Assembly (NCBI GenBank): GCA_026770705.1
Contig: JANJGN010000034.1
Location: 4,278,001-4,342,000 of the forward strand
Length of the DNA stretch: 64,000 nt
From: Isurus oxyrinchus
Lineage: Eukaryota
Direction: 5' to 3'
Shown: positions 1 through 13,499 of the stretch, one piece after another
How the letters are laid out: every line of letters starts with the position of its first letter
How positions within the stretch are numbered: position 1 is the stretch's first letter
The notes under the pieces: generated by a model
Database searches by the model: none
What the model was told of the DNA's origin: nothing
Seen by the model: the letters and a program-made list of their open reading frames with translations, nothing else
Program-made: the position numbers and the translations under genes

Positions 1-759
1 CATTAACGAACTGAAGATTGTTGTGACCATCACGATTCTCATAGACTGATATTTTTTTTCCACCAGCCATCCCCCCGAACAGCACAACCCCACAAATTGC
101 CATTTCCTGTACAGGTTGACAGCCCTGTTATACCACTTTAAACACATGACCATGTAATTATATTTTTGAATCATATTTGGAACGCTTGCCAATAATTCCT
201 CGGCATGCTGGTGCCCATTTTTCCATTAAAATTACGTTATGACTATGTTATTCCGGAACTGACAAAAATGTTTTCATCTCCAGTTGAATTATCTGTGATG
301 TATGTGCATTGTTGATGAATACGCTCCATATATACACCGTCTCATAATACAGTGACCATTAAATCCTCATTTAATTTGTCACAATGCCGAATGTTTGTGT
401 CTGTGCAATGAAGGCTGATAAGTATATCTGGTTTACAGCGTTTTGCTCAAGCCTTAGACGCCTGATCTAACAACGTGACTCTTTCTGAGAATTACCTCCA
501 GTTAAGACCATAAGACTATTCACAAGCGACTCTTCTGCAGAAGCCAAAAACCTGAAAACACGCAGGCAGCAGGGGTTTCCAAAGAGATTTTCTGCAATCC
601 TGAAGAAAGTCTCTAGAATTCCATGTTGCATTGATGTATGGATGAACCGTTTGTCTTGCTGAATTTAAGAATTGATGGCCAAAATTCCTATACATTCAAA
701 TTATGATCTATCCTATCATATTTCACCATAAATTTTAATAGGTTACCCGAAATTTGTTC

Positions 760-1330
760 AGTGTCCAGCTGGAGAACATTTGCCTTTCAAATGCATTGCA
801 CCTAACGCTACTTTCTTTAGAAAGTAACAGTTTCAAGGCCATTCTTAGTCTCTTTGTTAAGTTCATAATCCGTATGCACTTATCCAATTTTTTTCCCCAT
901 CCGGTGGTTTGAGATTAACTAGCCATGACACTTCACCATTGCTTTGGACCATTCTTATCAAAATAATCAAATACATTAATATACTTCGTATCTAGTTGAG
1001 ACCACAGAGCTCAATCTTATGCAACTTCACTCGCTGACTTTTCCAGTCACGAGAAAGTTCGATTCCCTATGGCTGTCTGCTTCCTCTTAGATAGCTAACC
1101 CTCTGATGCCTTTTTCATCGCCATGAACATCATGTGTAGGAACTTTTCTTTGTGACATAGTGTCATCATACTTGGATATTCAATTACCCTACATCTACTG
1201 GCAACTCTTTATGCCGCCTTCATTCCCATTCTCAGAGTTCTATTAAATTTGTCAAGCGAGATAACCTTTCACAGGGGTATGTTTTATCTGCTTTATTGAA
1301 TTGTGATTTCTAATTCCATGCTCTTACCTC
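760..1330 (-). mobile_element. Heavily decayed CR1-type LINE RT fragment
   Basis: Resembles by eye the RT segments of other minus-strand CR1 relics here (aaatttgtcaagcgagataacctttcac vs tttgaacatgatttccctctcag near 52815). Confidence 0.35.
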
Positions 1331-1674
1331 ATTATTAACGGGTTCCAGTATTTATCCATACCAAATTTCAGATTATTTAAGCAAAAAAAAAAATGCTACG
1401 TTCTGTCTCCGCTCTGCCTTGGTTAACTGAAATCTATTTGTGCTTTGTGACTTTTTTCCACAAAGCAGGACTGCCCTGCTGACGTTATCAATCTTCATGC
1501 AAGTACATTTCCCCCTTGTTCGGAGTGCTGGCGTCACTCTCATTTTCGCTCTTTCAGAGTTCAGTGAGTCAGCACAATGTCGAATTTACTCAGGGAAGTA
1601 ATTTTTAAAACACATTATGTTGATGTATTTAATTTGAAGCATGGTAAACACAAAGTACAAGAAAGAGAGTATGC

Positions 1675-2380
1675 GGGGTTTCTCCAGCCGGCATCTGAAA
1701 GGGCGGCTGTAAAACTTTTTACGCCGAGGCAGCTGCCCTACAGCCATTAACAGCTCCTTGGAGAGTTAAATAGTTTGATGTGCGACTACCGACACCCAAT
1801 CGGGATTGCATCTATCTCAAACGGCTGCCAGCTCATTCCATTAACTATAAGGTATGTTGTCCAAGTAGAACGACAGGGCACCTCGGACACTGACTGGATG
1901 ACAAGCGCCAAGTGCGGTCTAAGTGTGTGAACCCACAGGACTAAGCATTTTCACCATCTCCTGGGGCATAACAGAGGGGATGTGTTGATCAAGGTTAGGT
2001 GGCGTAAGTAGTTGGGGACTAAATGGAAAGGCCAATCGGGCACGGAGCAGCGATCTCAGCCATGTTGTCGGGGTAGATTATTGGAGAGGGTGCATTGATT
2101 GAAGTGCTTTGCATCCCACTAATTTCCGAGGCTGAGGTGGAAAGGGGCGTTTAAGTGATCAGCTGCTTAATTGCCTAAATGTTGGTAGGGAGGCCATCTA
2201 TCTGTCAGCATGTGGCGCCATACCACTCTCCCACCTCCAATCCGGCCCACCAACCCCTCCCCCACCTCACTAAAATTGAGGATGAGGCGGGCCGGTGGGA
2301 CCCTAGATGGCACCTAAACTGGAGGATTTTGCTAAGCCTCTCCATCCGCTTGCGATGCCAGGTCCATTAAATCTGACCCA
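1675..2380. repeat. GC-rich interspersed repeat, probably a non-autonomous DNA element
   Basis: Abrupt GC-rich island ending in taaatctgaccc; similar terminus (taaaatctgacc) near 13300; no coding signal. Confidence 0.3.
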
Positions 2381-2653
2381 CAATGTCTAAATAAATTGCT
2401 TTGTGTGCCTCATTTTCGATAACCACAATTCAATAATGCCACTGAGGTGCAATAAAACCTTGCTTTACTTATTCCATGTTATATAATGCAAATAATCTGA
2501 TCATCAGATTATCTGAGATTGTTTTTGTAGCTACCCTGTTGAAGAAATTTCTCATTTCAACACTCAATTTGCTTAATGCACATGCAATGTTTTCATCAGT
2601 GAAACATTACACTATTACGCTCTCCAAATTCTGTAAATATATTTATCTTACAG

Positions 2654-2680
2654 GGGTACAAATTCACGATCTTAAAAAAG
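2654..2680 (+). CDS. Micro-exon (27 nt, phase 1-1) of unidentified coiled-coil micro-exon gene; xVQIHDLKK
   Basis: atttatcttacag|GGGTACAAATTCACGATCTTAAAAAAG|gtatat; symmetric length, open in phase 1. Confidence 0.6.
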
Positions 2681-3307
2681 GTATATAAATGCGGAATAAC
2701 CACTTGGTGTTGCTTGGAAATTATATCCAAAGGCTAATATTTTACACGTACGCTCAATGGTGATGAGGGCAAATTGTAGCAACGACACACCCTGGAATTG
2801 TTAGGTCCACAGGCAACAGAAATCGACCGGGTTCTGTAAGAAGTGGACCTACGCTAGTTGACTTCATGAAGCGCAATATTGCACACTTTCAAAATGAGCT
2901 TCGGACATGACTCTGTTCTTTGCGTGCTGATTAGGAAACGTAAAATTGATACACGACATGACTTCAAAAACGTAGGGCTTGAGGCATAGTGCATGTTACA
3001 AGTTAGGAATGTTTGGCTTCAAAAGTTTCGTCAAGCTTGCGGCAATTCCCACGAGATACTCACAAAATGTAGAAATACTTCAATCGGAATTGTACTGACT
3101 TTTCATCTTAGAACCACGGAAAACACATAAAATGGCATTGGCCCAGATAATACAGAAATTAAAAAGCTTAAACTGAGCAGGGGGTTGTTGATGTTTTTCC
3201 TTTGTTATTTCGGCTATAAGTAAAGAAACCTCATCGGTGTTCCCAGAATGGTTTTCAATTTGTTTTGCGAGCTTCAAATCGAGACACAGTTATCATTTTT
3301 GGTGTAG

Positions 3308-3328
3308 ACCAAAAGCAGAATATAATAG
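3308..3328 (+). CDS. Micro-exon (21 nt, phase 1-1); DQKQNII
   Basis: tcatttttggtgtag|ACCAAAAGCAGAATATAATAG|gtaaca. Confidence 0.5.
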
Positions 3329-4516
3329 GTAACACGAATGCAGAATAATTCCAATGTGGAATTTGCGAAAGAAAGCCATTACGCAGAATACGTCTACAGT
3401 TTGAATTTGCCGTTTTTTTCAATGATACAGCATAAAGACAATTAAGGGAAATCTTGATAATGCTTTACGTAAAACTAAAATCAATATTTGGTGATGACAA
3501 TCGATTCCGAAGAAATAATGTTGGAACGATTTTTTTTTCCTTAAAAGTATTTCAAAAAGCGTGCTCCCGTCGAGAAGGAAAGGCTTTGGCTCGAAAAAAA
3601 TCGTCAGTAGTTAATCTAAGTTGGCATAATGCAACATTTTGTAAGGCTAGATGTGGTCCATGCTTGTCCTGGTAAACAGGCCTTTCTAGTCATATCTACT
3701 GGAAAGGGAGAAAACTGGCTCAGGAAGAAAATTCGATTCCTGTATGGCCGTGTTCTCGCAGCATAGCTTTTCAATACTTCTAAGAATGCGCAGCCCTTTC
3801 ATGCACCTAGCAGTTGTTTCCTCCATGAAGATTGCACGTGCATAGCAACTCATGACCAACACTTCGAAATAGTCCAGAACTCCTTCAGTAATTCATTAGC
3901 TTAGGTAGTTAACTAATCTGAGATTAATCAGTTCACAGCCAACCTTGAGATACGTCGATGAGTTATAACCATCCTATCTGAAAATAGAGCTTAACGTAAG
4001 TGCACTTGAGAACATATTGCCAGAGAAGTATAAGGCAGCACACCATAAATTAATGTCAAATCAAATTTTAGCCTGTACATTTTAGCATCAAACTAAAGAC
4101 AAATGTCGCAGCCAGAAACAGCAAGATGTTAAGGACGGTGAACAAATCCAGAGAGGGAACTGACAAGAGAACAGGTATATAACTGCACAATTTAGTCATG
4201 CTCAATCCATGCCATGCAATTACATCCCGTCATCAGGCCGGATTGCAGAGCTGAATGCCTGAAAATGCTAATCAGAGTCCTTCTACTAAATACAAGTTGC
4301 AGTGTTCAAAAGCCATCTTGCTGCTAGGAGAACTTTGCTGTGTATCAATTATCTGCCGCTGTCCCCTGCGTTACAACAAGGACTTCATTAAACACTTGTA
4401 TCGTATTGGATGTCTTGAGGCCTGGAAAGGCAGCCTGCCAATATTCTGAAATAATTACCTGAAAAAAAAACAATTTATTGAATTACGCAAGCTGATGCTA
4501 GGCTCTTCCACTTCAG

Positions 4517-4552
4517 CACTGAAAGAATGCAAATATCAGCTTAAAGAAAAAG
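4517..4552 (+). CDS. Micro-exon (36 nt, phase 1-1); ALKECKYQLKEK
   Basis: ctcttccacttcag|CACTG...GAAAAAG|gtcaga; ends LKEK like exon 31124-31159. Confidence 0.7.
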
Positions 4553-5081
4553 GTCAGAACTGAGAAAAAAAATTATGAATGAGAAATGTGATTGCTAAAT
4601 GTTGAGCTGGTTCCACATAATGTCCCATTATAGTACAGGCAACTTGTTAAACCACGGTTGAAATAACGTGAAAAAATATCTAGTCTGCACCAAGTAAGTT
4701 TCGATGTGGTGGAAATGAAAAAGGGGACGTAGCGATTTATATTTCAAAACTGAAAGTTCATTGAAGGAAAATGGTTCCAAAAGCTGGAAATCCCCTCGCT
4801 TGTAAATATAACCTCATATGCTTTGTGCTTATGAACATATTGCCTATGTAAATATACCAAAGGCTAAGAAGGTATACTGACATTGACGGCCCCTAATTGA
4901 TGGTTTAGAAAGTCACTATATTATCCACATCCCACCATTTAATCCCTCTGTATCTCTGTACACCGTCATGAAAATTCCCCACATCTCTCTCATCATCCCT
5001 TTTTATCTCTGTATACCGTCATCAACATTCCAATATATACATATACAAATAGATATATATAGGGAGAGACTACTTGAAATG

Positions 5082-5115
5082 TCTTCTTCTGCTTCTTCTT
5101 CTTCTTCTCCTCCTT
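5082..5115. repeat. (TCT)n microsatellite
   Basis: Direct observation. Confidence 0.8.
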
Positions 5116-6799
5116 CCCTATGTTGTTTTATTTTTCCAGTCGCTTACCAGAAGCTTATGATGCAGTGACTAGTGTGCAATTAAAATTCACATAATGAACT
5201 TTGATAACATGGTAAAGGGTGCAGTGCCGTAGCCTCAAAACTGAAAGACAGTAGTTAGCTTTTTCACAAAGTACAATATATGTCCTAGGCGTAATTACAA
5301 GATAACATTAATAATTAGAAGGATAATAGTAATAATAATAATAACATCAACAATTATAATAGTAATAATCACACAACGTATCATCCTTTACTTTTTCGTA
5401 TCACCTGCTGCTGAGTTTCCTTTGACACATTTGATTTGCATATCAGTAGGAACGTACGACTGAAAGCAGAAGCGTGTGCGATATTCATTCTGCTCTGCCT
5501 CACAAATAGCACAGAAAGGCTTGCAGAACTGTTCAGTATCTGTGGTGTAGGTTATAATCCTGATAACCATTTGTTGAAATGCCTTGGTCATTTGTGTTTG
5601 CGTGTTCATGCAGCAGGAGGGGAGGCATGGTGCCACTCCACATCACTACCATTTTCACACTGATGTGCATTGGTACCTAATCTGGCAATTGCAATTTGGA
5701 AAACTTGGGCTATATATCAATTCTTCTCTGCCCTTGGATGTGCCTGGTAAACTGTTTAGGATGCCGTCTATTCTCATCTACTTCAACACAATATTTTAAC
5801 ATTCCATGGTTTGTTCGGCTATAGAAGGCAATCGTCAATCTTAGCAAATATTGACCATCGCAGATTATCGTTGAGAAGGACTAAGCAAGCCCCGTTGTAA
5901 ATATGCATCCTTCTTTGAACTATGAAATCGGTACTGTTCTCCTGAATCACTTTGGAATATTACTGTATGATGAGAAACATGTAAAAATATACAGTTTATT
6001 TTGCCTTTCAATAATGAAGGATACGGTCAAGAAACTAGAAACAGTTTATAACATTTGTGAATACAATTCTGACATGTGTTTTTCAAATATCTAACTTCAA
6101 CGGCACCTGGAATAACAGTTGTGTTCCCAGAGACTTGCAGTAGAAATAATGCAATTGTCCTGAACTTGCCGTATCAAATGCTGCCGCAAAATTTTGTTTT
6201 TCGTCTCCATTGTTTTCGATGCTGAAAAGAGAAGTGTGCGCCATCCTATTTCGCACAATGTAAGATTGTGTAATTGTCAAATTAATATTAAAGCTTTTGA
6301 AACATTGATTTGAAAAAGCATTTGCAGTTATTGCCGAGACGTTAATTGGAGGAAATGATGGTATGGTGTCACCAAATGTTAAAATTCTGATCCTTGTTAT
6401 TATGCAGAATGGTGCCAGAAATATTATTTCATATGACACATTCATGCCTATGCCTATTGGATTAATTTTGGAATTTGTAAATATCAATAAGTTAGAAATT
6501 TTGAATCTGCCATCCTTATTCCTTTTCTCCATAATCATGCAGAGGTTACCATACGCAACAGTAGGAGGCCATTCTCCACATTAAATTAATGCTATCTCCA
6601 TAGGGCAATCCAGGCAAATATATTACCCCATTATATCCGTCTCGCAATTTGCCCATACAATTTCATGAACAATATTTTCTTATCTGTTCCCATGACTATC
6701 ATTAGTAATGATAAATACTACTGAACATGTTACAAAAAAATTTTTCCTCACATTTCCCTGTTCTTCATTTTCAAATCCAATCTTTGCATCTCATGTTCA

Positions 6800-9700
6800 G
6801 CAAGATCATGTCTGATACGATTGTCAATTCGAATCCACATTCCTGCCAACATTTCACCCATTTGTCTGCCAAGAATCTATCTCTGCCTTAAACAAAAGGA
6901 AAGCCTTAGCTTCCAAACCCTTTCGATGTAGAGAGTTTGAAGGCAGACGATTAGTTAGAGGTCAAAAAAGCTCGTCATCTCGCTCTAAAATGGGCGACAC
7001 CATATTTTAAGACTCTCACCCTTGACTCAAGAATTTACTATATGAGACAACGTTTCCACATCCAACACGTCTCGACCCTTCAGGATATTTTATGTACCAA
7101 AAATATCGAATCATGCTCTTCTAATTAATCTCCAATAGAACTAGCCTTTCCAGCCTTACCTGAAAAAAAATAACCAAGCCGTTCCAGATATTGGCCTCGT
7201 ATATCATCAGTGCTCCGCTTCCAAAGCATTTCACATCCTTCTTTAAATAAAGACACTAAAACGGTTTTCCACATGTGGTCTCACCAATGTGCTGCCTAAC
7301 CGAAACACAAGCTCCAGAACAACAATGAGCCATTTAAAACAAAACTTCAATGTGAATTGTAAATTGTTGATGACCAAGCAAGGATCTCTCTGATACGCTA
7401 CTCATTACATTTTTCCACCGTTATAATTACACTTTTGTCCCTACTCTGTCTCCTGTAAGCAAACTAATATTTTACTCACGACAATTTCTAATGCCGGGCG
7501 CCATGGGCTATATTTTCAACACTAGCCCTTGCTTTGGTGCCTTATTTTATGCCATCTGGAAATCTAAGAACACAACATCCATTTGTTCCTTTTGATTCAT
7601 TCCCATTTTCTTCTGCGAAGATCTCTGTTAGCTTCGCTAAGCACGATTTCCCAAATAAAATCAATGTTGAATCTGCCTAATTATCGACATTTGTTGTTGT
7701 GCTTTTTTTCTAATTACCCCGCTGCAACATTTTTTACAGTCATTTCTATCCGGTCTAAAATTTTCCTTTTCATTGTTATTAACAAAACCAAGCATTAGTT
7801 TTTTTTTGATTTCGCCCCCCCCCCCCCAACCCCATCTTCCATACCTTAATAAAGAAGTTATTTTAGATATTTTCAACTCTAATGTAACCTTCCCTTAATC
7901 GAGCCAATGTTGTTAGATTGAAATTAACGTGCCAGATATCTCACTGGCAAGTTGCTTTAAGCTCCTGTAATGAAGCAGTAAGTGTCCGGGAATTTGTCAG
8001 TCAGCGCATACAATAATTTCATCAGTAACACATCACTGGTGACTGTAATTTTCTCCAGATCCTCCGTCCCATCCATTTTCTGACTAACAGCTGCTTATGA
8101 GATGTTAAGTAATGATGAAAATACCTGCACAATTCATCTGCCATCTCGTTACTTTACATCATCACTTCGCCAGAATCACGTCTTTTTGAAGCAACACGTC
8201 ACTTTAAGAAAAAGTTTATATATAAATTCATACTACCTCTTTTTGCATTTCAGCTTAGATTGCTCCCATACTCCATTTTTCTCTGTCCATATTGTTTTTT
8301 TTAGTCATTCTTTGTTTTTTTTTCATTCTGCTAGGGTTCTCTCCATCTTTGTGCAATATATGTTTTGATTCGGCAATTTGATACCATTCTTTTTCTTTTA
8401 GTTAACTATGGATCGTGCTTCCTCACCTTGAAATTTTTATTTGCTGGTGGAATGAGTTTATTCTGTGAATTCTGCAATACCTCCTTAAATGTCTGCCGCT
8501 GCGCCTCAATTCAGTTATCCCTGAAATCAGTGCGCCAGTTCATGATATAAATGTTTTTGCTTAAGTCCCAAATACTAGTTGAGAGCCACTTATATCTCCC
8601 TCAAACTGAATGTAAAATTCAATCACTTTACGCTTATTGCTTTCGAGGGTGACTTCCAGTTTAGGGCAATCAATTAATTATGCCTCGTTGTGCAATAGCA
8701 GGTCCAACATAGTCTATATTCTGGTTGACACGAGGACTTGCTGTTCGAAGAAACAGTCCCCAAAGCAATATATGAATTCTTTCTCTCGGCTCCCTAGGTT
8801 CATCTTATTTTCCAGCCGATATGCCGACCAAAATTCCGCATGGCTATCGCCGAAATTTTCTCAGGATCTCCCATTATTACTCCCTTTGTACGCCTTCCTA
8901 CAGCATTGTACCTGTTAGACGGCCGGTATACCACTCCTACAACTGGCTTCTTGCCTTTAGGTTTCCCGTTTCTACCGCAACCACTTCTACATCCTGTATT
9001 CCAGAGGTCAGATCATTCCTTGTCTTTTTTGTGATTAATGATGTCATCATTAATGAAGAAAGACAGCTCTGCAGCATTTGGTCGCTTACTGTTCTCCTAC
9101 ATTTCAACTACCCTTCAAAATTAATAACCTAATTTATGTCACATTGCAACCATGTCCCTGTAATAGGTATCAAATCATAGTAACCTTTCTCTATTTTCCC
9201 GATAACTTCATCTGCTTTGTTTCGAATGTGTTCAAATAAAGAAACTTTAGTTTAGACATTAGATTTTTTTGTAACCTCTACACGTATCTGATGTCTCAAT
9301 CATTCAGTTGTACTCCTGTCCTGCACTGTCAAGGCCTGTTCATCATTTGGCATGTTAATAGCTTTTTCCCTCTTCCTCCTAGCTACTCGTTCATTTAGTA
9401 CTAATTCCTAATTGTTATCCTTTCTCACTCATTTATTTATGTTGAAACCCTCTCTACTTCCATGGTGCAAGAGCTCAGTAGATCACTGGTTCAAGCGCAG
9501 ATCAAGTGTAGGCAAACCCAGCCCTGCAGCCTCAGATTGTCAAGAAAGTTTTCCAGCGCCCCACAAAATTTAATATAAACCAAGCACACAATTCTATAAG
9601 GTGCGCTTTTATCTCTCTGATTTATTAAACCCTAAGATATTTTGCACGTGGTTTAAGTTATAAACGAGATGTTATTTACTCAAGGTTATTTTTTTTTTAA

Positions 9701-10100
9701 AGATAGTAACTGGAATATTGTAAGCCCTATGCAGGACCTCTTCCTTAGTCCTAATTATATCCTCTGCAACTACTTGCACTTTGAACCCTTGGTTCCACGC
9801 CCTTCGCAGCCTTTCCATTGCAAGTTCCTTTCCAGCCCTGAGCAGACATTGCGATCTTTGGGACGGGGCAGACAATACCGCCTTGTGCAATCTCACTCTC
9901 GAAGGCATGGAACAGTGAGTATCCAACTGAATATACTGTCGATCACTGCCACTGTACAACATTTAACTGCCCCATTGCTTAGTTTTCTGAAGCGTTTTGT
10001 CATCGTCAGGCTATACATTAACACTGCAGCCATCGCCCTTGTCCATACCAAGTAATATAAGCAGTTCAGTTGCAGGTTGTGGAGGCGCGTTCACACAAAC
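6800..10100 (-). mobile_element. Decayed, internally deleted CR1-type LINE (ORF1 esterase-like, endonuclease and RT remnants)
   Basis: Minus-strand 9670-9960 resembles CR1 ORF1 SGNH-like region; colinear with relics at 27570-30720 and 52200-55700; many stops. Confidence 0.6.
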
Positions 10101-12467
10101 CTTCTCGACCCTTTAATTGCCTGTCTCAAAGCCATACACAATTTTCCCTGAACAATGATCAAATCAGTTGATATTACCCCTAAGAGTGTTGAGTGCATCT
10201 TGGAACAAACTATTCAGATTATTTATGTCACATCCCTCGCCCCTTCCTGATTGGCTAACATAACTACAATTCAGTCTGCAGCTCATTAACCCTAATCTAA
10301 CGCACCAGACAAACCTTGCAAATTGTTTGCCATGGATTGCTGCAGCATCCAGGAGCCCCACATGCTGACGCATTGATTAGTAACTCTTTCGAGTACAAAC
10401 CCATTTTCATCTGTTTCAGATGAAGTTACATTGTTTCATAGTTTGCCATTGTGAGATCTGAACTCTGGATCTTGGTGTTACAAACCCAGTACCATAACCA
10501 CTTGGCTATTTAGGCCAAGCTGCATTGATTTGTAACCCGCCCTGCAATCTGCAGTGTGTTTATTAAATAGCTCAATGTTTTCCTACACATTTTATGTTTC
10601 CCACCCTCACTTAACTCCTCACACGGCATATCATCAGTTTTAAATCTCGTGCATTCAAAGCAGTAACCACTGCAGATAAAGCAGCAATGAGGAACCATTG
10701 CTCTATAATTTTGAAAAAAAAATAAACAAGTGAGTGAATCACTGAAAGCCACTTTAGTTTACTGACCCAATTAAATAGCTGTAACTTCTCTCATCGAGCC
10801 TGTATGACCATGTTCAATGCTGGAATAAAATTTACTTATCTTCATTTAAAGAGTAAGTTTTAGTTTATTGCTAAATTAAAAGAATAATTGGACTTTAGAG
10901 ACAATTTAGCTTTTAAAACTTCCTCAACCACTACACTCAGGAGTTCTCATTGCCGTCTGAAATAGTCTCCTTGTTCTCCTTTATTCAAAGGAAAACAACC
11001 ACATCTTTCCTTTCGCCACGTGGAAATATTGCATTCTGATAAACCACCTGGGCGCCCTCTCAAAGATCCTCACATTCTTCCTAAATGATGCGTTGCTGTG
11101 AAGTGCTAAACAGAATTATATATATATATTCAGCATAAGCTGAGAAAATCACTAATTTGTTGCCATTGGCATAAATTCTGAAGGTCACAATCTAATATTA
11201 TCTAATTATATGAGGAGAAACTTGATTGCAGTGTGAAGAAAAAAATAACACCGGCAGAGGGTTACTGGCGGCCTATACTCGGTGATAACATTTATTACAG
11301 TCGAAAGTCGGCAGCTGGAGCAAACTTGGGGTGAATAAATAGCAGAAGGAAAATATAAGTTGAGGCCTGGGCTCTGACAGAGATCTTGGAAAGTTGATGC
11401 ATTGGAGGAATCCATAACACCTGCAGAATCTGAAACTGTGAGTTACCCGAGGGAATTTTCGGCAGTTGAATCAGAGCTGTGAGGGACAGGCAATGACATC
11501 ACAGCAAATTCGTGAGTGGTTAGCTTTTGAGTCTTACAGCTGTGTTCCAGTATCTCCAAAAGAAGTGGCTGAATCTAAGCAGTGAGTGATTAAGCATTAA
11601 AAAATCATGCTTTATGTATTCAATAATTATCTCTAAAAAGTGTAGAGAACCAACAGAAAAGAGGAAGAGGTAAATCCATATGTTAAGATAACATTGCCGT
11701 GCTGGAGAAGTAAACGGTGCTCCAGGGGGTTAACTGTGGAATCTTGTTAGCTAGGGCTACGGAACAACAAAAGGTGCAATTGTAATGCCCCTGTCGCCTA
11801 TAAGCTGCCGACTACTGTTAAAAAATAGAGTAGCACATTTTCAAGAATTTTAGTTAGGGACAAGAATAATACCGTTGTCAAAATGGAGTGTTTGAATTAC
11901 CAGGATAAAGACTGAGATAGTACTTTGTTAAAGGGCAGAGCCCGGCTAGACTTCCAGCATTGTGCTCAGGATAATTCACCACTACAAGTGGTCATTGCTG
12001 CTGTCAACAACATGGCCAAGAAAAAAATGTGAACGCTCTAAATTTAAAGCCACATAGGTTCACAAGTAAACAGCGCCCCAAATACTGGATCATTGATTTC
12101 CATAGAATGGAATAAAGACAGTCCCTCCACTCATGGCCCATGCCTTCCCTCTTAATTTGTGGACATGTCAATGAGCAACGTGAACCATCAACAACCTGTG
12201 TTTCTGGCTCTTTGGTTGAGCGAGTGTACCTGAAAATACTTAATGTGCCATTTCGAAAAGAAGCACTGGCAATTTCTTTGAATCTTTTATTAATGTTTTT
12301 TTTTTACGTGCTTTTAAACATCTCTAGGAAAGCCGGGCAACAAAAATTGTTCACAGAATGCAAAGATTTTTATTTGCATTTGGTACAATTCCATTGAGTA
12401 GATTACTATTTAGCAAACAAAAACTGCTTGCTCATCCCTTCTTTTACTTATGTCACTTTGGTTATAG

Positions 12468-12503
12468 AAACTTCACCTCCTGGAGACCGCTGTCAAGTAG
12501 ACG
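12468..12503 (+). CDS. Micro-exon (36 nt, phase 1-1); ETSPPGDRCQVD, Pro/Gly hinge-like with Cys
   Basis: Pyrimidine tract then gttatag|AAACTT...AGACG|gtaagt (consensus donor); similar to exon 44342-44377. Confidence 0.8.
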
Positions 12504-13499
12504 GTAAGTGGAGAGGGATTGGATTCAGATCGCATGGCAGCAGTCATGGAACGTTTTAAGAAGGCAGTAATACAGCCAGCATTATAGTGGTAATATCTGC
12601 GAGACATTACTAAATGGGCCAAATCACATCTTTATTTTTTAAACGACCTTCAGGCTTTATGCATTCACACATCTTGACAGTTAGGGCAATAGTAGAAAAT
12701 TAAACATTTTGGATGAGCTATTTGCACAGATGTGCATCGAAATGCAAGAAGCAGACATTTGAGCCCAATGGTATTTTCTGTTGAGTGTGTCCCATGCGAG
12801 TGTTAACTCACCTGGCTTCACTGAATGGCATCCCAATTTGAATCTATCTTTTCTTGGGCGTTATTATGGACCTTTCCCTTAAAAGACCCAATATCATATA
12901 TCTTTGCTAGGTCATGTGAAACTACATTCAACATTCAGTCAACACACTTGACATGGAAGATTTTCGTTATTAGAAGTGATTGTATTTGTTGGGAAATTTC
13001 GATCAAAATAATTTGTGCAGGATATGTGATAGCCCTTTAGAAACTAAACTGAATGAATGCATTCATTGATGGTTCGAACACAAAGTATGATAAGCTAATT
13101 ATTGCTCGGATATGAGGTGACCCATCTTTCGAACCAGGTATGTTCCTTGAGTGCGAAATTGATAATAGTTAACATATTCAACTAGGCATCACTTAATTGG
13201 TGTGGTGACAGACATTCTGTCTAATTATAGCAGATGGCAGCCAGAAAGGTGTTTCAGATGGCCCCTTGCTTTGCTTGGCACGAGAGGGAAGCCAGAGGTT
13301 AAAATCTGACCTAAAGCCTGGCATGTTGACCAGCAACATCGATAATGGGTAGCATGGAATGTTGTCGATCATAAGCGGAGTGTGACCTCTTCTTAAAGGA
13401 TGACAGGAGCAGGTGATTTCATCATCAAGCAGCGATAATTCAGATTTGTCATATCCCGCACCTGTTCCACCTCTTGCAGATCTCCACTATTCATAATAT

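Noticed and set aside
6083-6538. 151-aa minus-strand ORF
   Set aside because: No recognisable domain or splice structure; composition typical of a chance ORF in AT-rich DNA; antisense to the micro-exon gene.
6543-6560. 18-nt symmetric candidate exon (EVTIRN); similar weak candidates at 10799-10852, 11540-11581, 34957-34974 and 35274-35324
   Set aside because: One splice site is weak or the context looks repeat-derived, and there is no paralog support. Left out of the model, though one or two could be real.
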